Positions 57,099-64,000 of a stretch of DNA of 64,000 bases are shown here, piece by piece. Both the position numbers and the translations under genes were made by a program. This DNA is from a bacterium (GTDB taxonomy: Bacteria; Zhuqueibacterota; Zhuqueibacteria; Residuimicrobiales; Residuimicrobiaceae): assembly GCA_029565685.1 (NCBI GenBank), contig JAKQNR010000022.1, forward strand, positions 556,035 through 620,034. The letters are read 5' to 3'. The notes below the pieces were generated by a model. That model had not been told where the DNA came from. It ran no database searches and saw nothing but the letters and a program-made list of their open reading frames with translations. Every line of letters starts with the position of its first letter. Position 1 is the stretch's first letter.

Positions 57099-60059
57099 TT
57101 AAAACTGGAACTCGAAACCTGCGTACAGTTCGCGCGCGATGCCGAGGTACGGGTTGCCGTACTGATCCACAGCACGATAGTAGGGACCGTAAGGATCTCC
57201 GCCCAATTCGTACCGGGTGTCATAGTTGGTGGCATCGAAATTGAGGATGTTTTCGCGATCGAGAACGTTCAAGGCCTCGGCAAAGATACCGACCTTGGTG
57301 CCGCCGATCTTGAAATACTTGGTCAAACGCAGATCAGCCTGCAGGAAATAATCGCCGTTGAGTTTCTCTTCGTACCGCTGGTTGGTGATGCCCACGGTTT
57401 TGTTGAAGCGCCATGGGCTCTTGTAGGTGGTCATGGAAGAGAGCCTGAGGTCCAGCGGCAGATCGAACAGCAACGTCAATTTGCCCTTCCAGTCGTTGTA
57501 GCCGCGGGCGTAGCTGGGCCAAATATAAGCGAGGTCCCAGTCGTAGGCATCATCCTGGGTGTTGTAGTACAGGGTGTTGCGAGCGTTTTTATTATCGGGC
57601 GCCAGGCTCAGCGCAGCAGTGGATCCCTTATCATAGGCATAGGAAACACTCAGGTTGCCGGAAACGCCCAGGAAGCCAAAATACTTTTCGGCGGACGGAC
57701 GTTTCCACAGGTTCAACTCGATGCCGCGGCTGTCGCGATAACCCCAGGCTTTGTAATAGGTCGAGCTGCTGAAAGCGATCTTGTTGACATTCAGCGTATA
57801 GCCGGCAGTGCCGGAATTCCTCGTATCACGATAGTAAGCGGTGATGTCGAAATTCCAGTCTTTGGCAAAAGATACGTTCATGCCGATTTCGTAAGCGGTC
57901 GCGGTTTCCGGATCCGGATCATACAGATACCATTCCGGAAGCGACGGGTTGCTAAAGTACCCGTAATTTTTCAGCGTAGTGCCAAGGTAGGGGCGGGTGG
58001 TGTAGATGCCCCAGCTGTAGTGCATGGCGGCGTTTTCGGTGATGGGATGAGAGATGCCCAAACGGGGGCTGAAATAGATGCGGGTTTCCGCATCCACCTC
58101 TTTTTTCATGCCCAACACCACCTGGCTGTTGGCCAGCGTATCAATCACAACCGGATCCAGTGCATTTTTGGGCATCTGGGTGTCCATGTTGTAGGCATCG
58201 ATACGCATACCGGCGTTGACGATGATGCCCTGGTATTCGATGCGATCCTGAATGTAACCGCCTGCATTCCACGGATTGAGTTTGTAGATAACCGTCTCAT
58301 AGGGGAAGAATTTGTCGTAACCAGTCACCGACGAGGCCAGTTCGTACCAATCAATGGTGTTGTAATCGTACTGCACGCCGGCTTTAAGCTGGTGATTGAA
58401 ATTGATCTGTTTGGTGAAGTTGCTCTGGAACGTAGCCGTGTTCGATTTGACGTCTTCATAGAGATAGCCCGGCAGACCGACGCGGATCTGGTTGCCCCAG
58501 TCATCGATCTGATAATTCTGATCGTTGCCAGGGGTTACGTTGAAAATACGGGTGGTGGTGTTGACAAAGTACTTATCGACCAGCTCTTTGGTGTCAAGGA
58601 TCATCCAGTCGCCGTAGTTGTTATACTGCAGCTTGCCATCCACCGGGCAATAGCCGTAGGTGCGATGGTTGTTGACGTAGCTGACCGTAGTCTCCAAAAA
58701 GGTGGAAGCGTTGAAGAATTTATTCCAGCGCAGATAACCCATGGCGCCTAGGCGATCGTTGACCGGCTGACCTTCCAGGAAGAACTGGTACATGTAGGTG
58801 TACTGACGGTTTTTCCAACCGAACAGCTTGCCGCCGTCATCCAGTTTGCCCATCAGGGTGAGCTTGTTGGTCGGGGTCAGGTCATAGTTCAATTTAAGCG
58901 AGGTGCCGACATTGCGCTGAAATTCTCCGGGGAAACGGCCGTGATCGTTAAGCAGATTGCCGGTCAAGAAAAAATTGCCCTTGGAGGTCAACGGACCGCC
59001 GAAGAACATTTCCGCATTGATGCGCGGATCGTCGCCGTATTCGTACTTGTCCGGAGTCCAGTCAAAGTACGCGGCCTTGGCCTGATCCTTGGCGCTGGTG
59101 GAGTTCAACAGCTTTTGTTTGTAATCGTTGTACACTGTCGCGGCGGAACGACCGCCCATACGGGAATCCGGAGGAACTCCGTCATAGACGTTCGGGCCGG
59201 CATGATCCAATCCACCCATGCTGGAACGGACGAACACTTTGCCTGAATATTTATCGCCGCCGCTGCGGGAGGCCAGGTTGACGATACCGCCGGAGGCGGA
59301 ATATTCGGCGTTCAGCGTGCCGGCGATGACGTTGACTTCCTGAACCTGGCTTTGGGCTACATTCACCGAAGTCTGCACCATGCTGGCGGTACGGCCGCTC
59401 TGGTTTTCAGAGGTTTCCCATTCGCCGGTGGTGCTCATACCGCTGTTGTCGGTGTGACGCACATTGGTGTACGCGGTGCTTCTCATACCAACCGCGAACA
59501 TCGGATCCGTGACGTTGACGCCGTCCACCAGGTAGCCGACGCCGACTTTATTGGCGCCGCGCATGGCCTGGGTGGTCACCGAGCTCTGCAGCACTTCGTT
59601 GAGACTGGCGACAGGCAGGGTGTTGTCAATGATTTCATCGGAAAAGGTCACTTTGGTGGCCGTCATGGTTTTATCAATGGGGGGGCGTACAGCCACAACG
59701 GTCATGGTTTCGCCCGCGATCACCGTCTGTTTCAGTTTGGCGGATAGTTCCGTGGTGCGGTCCAAGTTGACTACCACACCCTGCACATCCTGACCAGTGT
59801 AGCCCATGAAGGAAAACTTGACCGTGTAGGTGCCCGGAGGAACGTTCAGGATAAAGTATTGACCCTGAATGTTAGTCACCGCGCCCATTTGGGTTCCGGC
59901 AATCTGCACGTTCACGCCGGGAAGGGGTTCGCCGGTAGCGGCATCCGTCACCGTTCCCGAAACTTTGCCCAAAGCGGCAAAAGCCGGAGATCCAAATAAA
60001 ACGACGCACAGCAGACTTGCAACGAATGTCACAAGCAGCTTTTTCGAGATTTTCCTCAT
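57099..60059 (-). CDS. SusC-like TonB-dependent receptor with CarboxypepD_reg domain
   Basis: Start at the MRKISKK ATG (60059) with GGAGGA RBS. Signal peptide. 'VSGTVTDAATGEPLPGVNVQIAGTQMGAVTNIQGQYFILNVPPGTYTVKFSFMGY'. ~1000-aa barrel ending 'AGFEFQF'. Confidence 0.85.
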   Translation of the reverse strand: MRKISKKLLVTFVASLLCVVLFGSPAFAALGKVSGTVTDAATGEPLPGVNVQIAGTQMGAVTNIQGQYFILNVPPGTYTVKFSFMGYTGQDVQGVVVNLDRTTELSAKLKQTVIAGETMTVVAVRPPIDKTMTATKVTFSDEIIDNTLPVASLNEVLQSSVTTQAMRGANKVGVGYLVDGVNVTDPMFAVGMRSTAYTNVRHTDNSGMSTTGEWETSENQSGRTASMVQTSVNVAQSQVQEVNVIAGTLNAEYSASGGIVNLASRSGGDKYSGKVFVRSSMGGLDHAGPNVYDGVPPDSRMGGRSAATVYNDYKQKLLNSTSAKDQAKAAYFDWTPDKYEYGDDPRINAEMFFGGPLTSKGNFFLTGNLLNDHGRFPGEFQRNVGTSLKLNYDLTPTNKLTLMGKLDDGGKLFGWKNRQYTYMYQFFLEGQPVNDRLGAMGYLRWNKFFNASTFLETTVSYVNNHRTYGYCPVDGKLQYNNYGDWMILDTKELVDKYFVNTTTRIFNVTPGNDQNYQIDDWGNQIRVGLPGYLYEDVKSNTATFQSNFTKQINFNHQLKAGVQYDYNTIDWYELASSVTGYDKFFPYETVIYKLNPWNAGGYIQDRIEYQGIIVNAGMRIDAYNMDTQMPKNALDPVVIDTLANSQVVLGMKKEVDAETRIYFSPRLGISHPITENAAMHYSWGIYTTRPYLGTTLKNYGYFSNPSLPEWYLYDPDPETATAYEIGMNVSFAKDWNFDITAYYRDTRNSGTAGYTLNVNKIAFSSSTYYKAWGYRDSRGIELNLWKRPSAEKYFGFLGVSGNLSVSYAYDKGSTAALSLAPDNKNARNTLYYNTQDDAYDWDLAYIWPSYARGYNDWKGKLTLLFDLPLDLRLSSMTTYKSPWRFNKTVGITNQRYEEKLNGDYFLQADLRLTKYFKIGGTKVGIFAEALNVLDRENILNFDATNYDTRYELGGDPYGPYYRAVDQYGNPYLGIARELYAGFEFQF

Positions 60060-60267
60060 ACTTTGAGTCCTCCAAATTTTTTGTTTTTGACTCGTTGGTA
60101 CTCTGTTTGAAAGAGTCACGTCCTGTACCGATTCGCCTGGTTGCCGGGCGCTGTGCGTCCCGGTAGTTCCAGCTCACTCTTTCTGCCTGTTGTACTCTCC
60201 TTTTCCTTCTCCTCCTTATGGTTTAGCTGATTAAGTTGATTAAATGAGTCTATTAACAGATATATGG

Positions 60268-60315
60268 CTAAAAAAATAAAAAGGCGAATGAGAGAAAAGT
60301 GTGCTCTCATCCGCC
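60268..60315 (-). terminator. Rho-independent terminator (minus strand) in the 400-bp spacer
   Basis: Minus strand reads GGCGGATGAGAG-loop-CTCTCATTCGCC (one mismatch), then TTTTTATTTTTTT. Separates the pfkB/GT operon from the TonB-receptor operon promoter region. Confidence 0.5.
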
Positions 60316-60518
60316 TGGGATCAATTGCCCGTTTTGAATATAAATTTCGTATGGCCAGCGTCTCATGGTACTTCTCATCTTCTTGGATGATTCCTTGTTG
60401 AAAAGTACGTTTGCTTGAATATTAGATAAATGTTAGGTAATTTATTTTAATAAATCAAGACTTTTTTTATTTGCTCACGTGCGCAGAAAAAACGGACGAA
60501 TTTATATCAAATTGTTTT

Positions 60519-61556
60519 TTAATGAGTTGGCCTATTGTTCATATAAAGAACTATCTCCCGCTCCTGTTTCATGGCGCCTGTGGCAGATACATCCGCCAAA
60601 CTGATAGCGGCGGCGGCGGCCGCGAAGCGCAGGCAGTCCGCCAGAGGCCAAGATTGGTGAAGACCATGCAGAATGGCCGCGGAAAAAGCATCCCCTGCAC
60701 CGGTATTTCCCATGTACTCTTGCTCCGGAACGACAAAGTTGGGCTGGACGATCAATCCGGTTTCTCGGCTATAAGCATAATTAGGTCCCCTGCTGCCGCA
60801 GTGTACGACCGCGCAACCTACCTGAAAGGTACGCACCAGGCTTTGGCAGGCCTCGGCTGGATCCGTTCGCCCAGTGAGGGTGCAAGCCTGATCGTCGTTG
60901 ATGCAACAAATATCCAAAAAGTGCAGTGCATCACGATAGCGCAAAAATTTCCAAAGGTTGTCGGCGGTGGGCGTGACAAAATCCAGCGCGGTCCACAATC
61001 CCATCGCCTGCGCTTTCGCCAGGCTGCGCCCCATCACGGCGCCATAGTCCGTATCAGCAAGATCGAACTGAGGCATTAAAAGTCCGTAACCGAACTGGAC
61101 GATCTTGTGACCTTGCAAAACGTTAAAATCGATATCCTTTTCCGAAAAAGAGCCCATTGCGCCGAGAGTATGACGGAAGATGCGTTCGATTGATCCATCC
61201 GGCATCCTGATGTGCACCACCTCGGTGCAGGAGGTCACGTTCTGCATATCCACTATCAGATGTGAATCCGAAATGCCGTTTTCCACCAACTGCCGGCGGA
61301 CAAGCTCCGCCCGATGATCGGTCCCGATTTTGCCTATGACGGTGATTGGATATCCGCCGCCGATTTTGGCCAGATCCAAGCCGACATTCAAGGCCATGCC
61401 GCCGGTGCTGTAAACAAGTTCTTCACCCGCCAATTCCTGCGCATCGACGAATCGGCCGGCGTCGACGTAGGAGAGCTGGCCCGGTGCGATCGCCGGCGTT
61501 AATTCATCCACCACGCAACTTCCGATAAGGGCGATGCCGTTTCTTTTCGCAACCAT
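60519..61556 (-). CDS. PfkB-family carbohydrate kinase
   Basis: 'MGNTGAGDAFSAAILHGL' GAGD motif. Ribokinase-like fold. ATGA overlap with the upstream glycosyltransferase gene. Confidence 0.8.
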   Translation of the reverse strand: MVAKRNGIALIGSCVVDELTPAIAPGQLSYVDAGRFVDAQELAGEELVYSTGGMALNVGLDLAKIGGGYPITVIGKIGTDHRAELVRRQLVENGISDSHLIVDMQNVTSCTEVVHIRMPDGSIERIFRHTLGAMGSFSEKDIDFNVLQGHKIVQFGYGLLMPQFDLADTDYGAVMGRSLAKAQAMGLWTALDFVTPTADNLWKFLRYRDALHFLDICCINDDQACTLTGRTDPAEACQSLVRTFQVGCAVVHCGSRGPNYAYSRETGLIVQPNFVVPEQEYMGNTGAGDAFSAAILHGLHQSWPLADCLRFAAAAAAISLADVSATGAMKQEREIVLYMNNRPTH

Positions 61557-63319
61557 CACTGTACACCTTTCTCAGAGTGGAAATCGGATGAAAAAGGAGC
61601 GACCTGCCGGACTAGGGAGGCGTACGATTCAGCGGTTTTGCTCCAGCTGAATCGGCTTGCCTGGAGAAAACCCTGTTGCACCATGGCATAGTAACGATCC
61701 GGCTGATTCCGGTAGAGCGCGCTTGCCTGGATGAGACAGTCGGCCAAAGAGTCGGCCATCGCATTGAACCAGGCATTTTGTTTGCGCAGTGCTGCGATGG
61801 GGGTGGACATAAAAGCTTTGATCCCTTCGGGGCTTGCTGCGTCAACCGGCTCGCGATAAAGCAGTCCGCTTACATTTGCTTCTATTTGATCGATCAGCCC
61901 TCCGGTCGCGCGGGCAATGGTAACCGTGCCGTTGGCCATGTACTCGATGGCGGCGCCGAACGGCTCATAGATCGACGGCATCAGCCCAAAAGTGCTTCCC
62001 GCCTGCAATTCCGCATAGCCCTCTTTCATGCGCATGGGAAATACGGTGAGATTGCCACGGCATTTGCAGGCGACTTGATAAAAATAATCTAAATCCGCTG
62101 CGCGCACCGGCATAGGCGTCAAGACCGCTTTGATCTCGTCTTGGCTGAATTTCTCCAGCGCAGACAACAGCACATCAAATCCTTTTTGCATCAGGTCAAG
62201 ACGGCCGCTCATCACCAAAATCGGCACGTCGTCGGGCAAATCGGCCAACGGTCCTCTCCGCCAGCTGAGTTCGCCGAAACGCTCAGTCGGTTGATAGGCG
62301 TCCAAAATCTGCAACAGCTGATGACGGTTTTTTAACTTGATCTCTCGTAGTTCGTGAAGAGTATGGTTTTCCTTTTTGGGGAACTGGTTGGAAAAGGAAA
62401 TGAACGGTCCGTTATTGACGCCTCGCACTCCATTCTTGAGGAAATAAGACTGCAAATGCGGAGTGAAATGGACGGTCTGCAGAGCATCTTGAGTGAACTC
62501 TTGGGCGAAGGTGTCGCTCACCGTGGTGATGGGCGCATCGATTAGGGAGAGACCGATCTGGTAGGCAGTGGCGCCGGAATAGAGAAACCGACTGACATGA
62601 TCCGCTTTTTCCCGCGGCACCACCTTTTGCAGGGCGGCACAGCTGAGAAACGCGTCATAGGGATTGTGCAGGGTGATCATGGACAGACAGGATTTGACTA
62701 TTCCAGACAGCATCGCCTGTTTGCCGGTAAGCGCCAGCAATGCTGTTTGCCACTCCTGCAAATGCAGGACGCTTCCCTCCTCTAATCCGAGCGCCTGCAA
62801 GGCGTAAGGAACCGCCTGGCAGAAGAAAAGCGAATTTTCCACCAAAGCTTTCTGATTCTCCACCGGCTGGCCAGGATAATAGAGATAGGGATCGCCGATG
62901 GCATTTTGGGCGTTGAAGTAGCCATCCGCTTTGATATAGTACTCTTTCATGCCGTTCTGCGCAGACGCCTGGTTCGGCGGAATAAATTGATACAGCTCAG
63001 TTTGAATCAGGCTGTCGGCAAATGGCACCAACCATTCGTGGCCGGTCTTTTGCAGACGATCGGCGTCCATCAGATGGGGATAATACGGCGTGAACAGCTG
63101 CACCGACTGATACAGACCGAGCGCCTGCGTGTAAGGAAGGATATTGACCGTGACTGCAGCCAGGCCGCCACTTTTGGCGAATCGGTTTTCAAAGGAACAG
63201 TAGCAATAATGGCGGGCGCGAAAATGTCGATAAATTTGGCGAAGTTGTTCCGCCTCTACACCGGTAAAATACAGGCCCAAGCTGCTCCAATCGCGCTCAA
63301 AACCGGAAGGATTATGCAT
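61556..63319 (-). CDS. Glycosyltransferase, glycogen/starch-synthase-like (GT-B, GT5/GT4-related)
   Basis: N-terminal 'FAKSGGLAAVTVNILP' (compare KTGGL of glycogen synthases). C-terminal 'GLMPSIYEPFGAAIEYMANGTVTIARATGGL'. Confidence 0.7.
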   Translation of the reverse strand: MHNPSGFERDWSSLGLYFTGVEAEQLRQIYRHFRARHYCYCSFENRFAKSGGLAAVTVNILPYTQALGLYQSVQLFTPYYPHLMDADRLQKTGHEWLVPFADSLIQTELYQFIPPNQASAQNGMKEYYIKADGYFNAQNAIGDPYLYYPGQPVENQKALVENSLFFCQAVPYALQALGLEEGSVLHLQEWQTALLALTGKQAMLSGIVKSCLSMITLHNPYDAFLSCAALQKVVPREKADHVSRFLYSGATAYQIGLSLIDAPITTVSDTFAQEFTQDALQTVHFTPHLQSYFLKNGVRGVNNGPFISFSNQFPKKENHTLHELREIKLKNRHQLLQILDAYQPTERFGELSWRRGPLADLPDDVPILVMSGRLDLMQKGFDVLLSALEKFSQDEIKAVLTPMPVRAADLDYFYQVACKCRGNLTVFPMRMKEGYAELQAGSTFGLMPSIYEPFGAAIEYMANGTVTIARATGGLIDQIEANVSGLLYREPVDAASPEGIKAFMSTPIAALRKQNAWFNAMADSLADCLIQASALYRNQPDRYYAMVQQGFLQASRFSWSKTAESYASLVRQVAPFSSDFHSEKGVQ

Positions 63320-63505
63320 GCTTACTCCGATGAATTTATTTAAATAGTTTAATCATTTAACGATTGTAATTCAAGATAATTTTTCCAGGCCGAGATTGCC
63401 GCTGGATCGCAACCCCAGCGATAATTGTCTTGATCTTTTGTCAGGGAAATTTTAGCTTATGACAATGTGGTTTGATTCATTTTTAAAAAATGGCCGGAGG
63501 ACGCT

Positions 63506-64000
63506 ATGTTGATTCGTTCCCTGTTTTACCTCATCCTCACCTTGACGGTTGCCTTCGCCGCAGGCCCGACCATCGTCTTTGAGGAATATTTCAAAGATCA
63601 GTCCCTGCGCATTGATTATTTTCATATCGGCGACGCCCGGGAGGAAACCATCACTATCGACCAGATATACGTTGAGCCGAAATGGCCGGGCAGCACCGTT
63701 CATCTCATTTATCCGTTCGGTTATGGCCGCTATGGCGTCAAAGTGTATAATATATCCAGCAACCAGCTGATCTACTCAAAAGGATTTGATTGCATGTTCG
63801 GCGAGTATAAAACCACCACGCCGGCGCTCGACGGAGTCCAGCGGACGTTTCAACGCTCGTTGCGCATCCCCATGCCTTTACGCCCTATCCTGCTGGTGAT
63901 CGAGCTGCGGGATAAAGACAATATCCCTAAACCGATTTTCAAACAGAGGATCGATCCGAATGATTATCATATCCTACGTGAAACCGCATCTGCGGGGGAG
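63506..64000 (+). CDS. Peptidase-M64 (IgA-peptidase-like) N-terminal-domain protein, 3' partial
   Basis: Signal peptide. 'TIVFEEYFKDQSLRIDYFHIGDAREETITIDQIYVEPKWPGS...RYGVKVYNISS' resembles the Peptidase_M64 N-terminal domain. GGAGG RBS. Runs off the window end, so it is absent from the ORF track. Confidence 0.5.
   Translation, partial: MLIRSLFYLILTLTVAFAAGPTIVFEEYFKDQSLRIDYFHIGDAREETITIDQIYVEPKWPGSTVHLIYPFGYGRYGVKVYNISSNQLIYSKGFDCMFGEYKTTTPALDGVQRTFQRSLRIPMPLRPILLVIELRDKDNIPKPIFKQRIDPNDYHILRETASAGE

Overview
This is a 64 kb, GC-rich bacterial chromosomal segment with FCB-superphylum character. Evidence for that placement: SusC-like TonB receptors with CarboxypepD_reg N-termini, two PorV/PorQ-like barrels, and T9SS 'YPNPFN...GVYMVRI' C-terminal sorting domains. 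Shine-Dalgarno use is patchy. No rRNA, CRISPR, transposase, integrase or phage gene was seen. Gene density is high and many neighbours overlap by 4 nt (ATGA/GTGA).

Housekeeping blocks: comM (5' partial); a STAS protein; NfeD-SPFH; an iron locus dtxR-feoA-feoB-TonB receptor-AP-superfamily hydrolase; tdh-kbl; ispG; leuS; folD; ymdB-rny; zapA/zapB-like; pheST-rplT-rpmI-infC-thrS. There are seven tRNA genes (Pro, Arg, Val, Leu, Cys, Gly, Ala).

Two regions look like accessory systems and are the main candidates for something undescribed:
(i) 40167-50495: seven minus-strand genes, coupled by 4-nt overlaps or short gaps. Three tandem uroporphyrinogen-decarboxylase-family paralogs are followed by a rifampicin-phosphotransferase-like PEP-dependent three-domain kinase, a MrfA/YprA-like DUF1998 helicase, a MrfB/YprB-like exonuclease and an AlaX editing protein. 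It ends next to tRNA-Ala.
(ii) 50838-60059: a minus-strand operon of a 1006-aa TonB receptor, an 837-aa domain-less T9SS cargo, a PorV-like barrel, a beta-propeller lipoprotein and an SGNH/TPR hydrolase.

Smaller oddities: a 186-bp segment bounded by perfect 12-bp inverted repeats; a 28-aa micro-ORF next to an FmdB zinc ribbon; a Cys-rich small ORF inside the tRNA cluster; a secreted PLD/HKD nuclease-like T9SS cargo divergent from dtxR; and an ATC start codon for infC.
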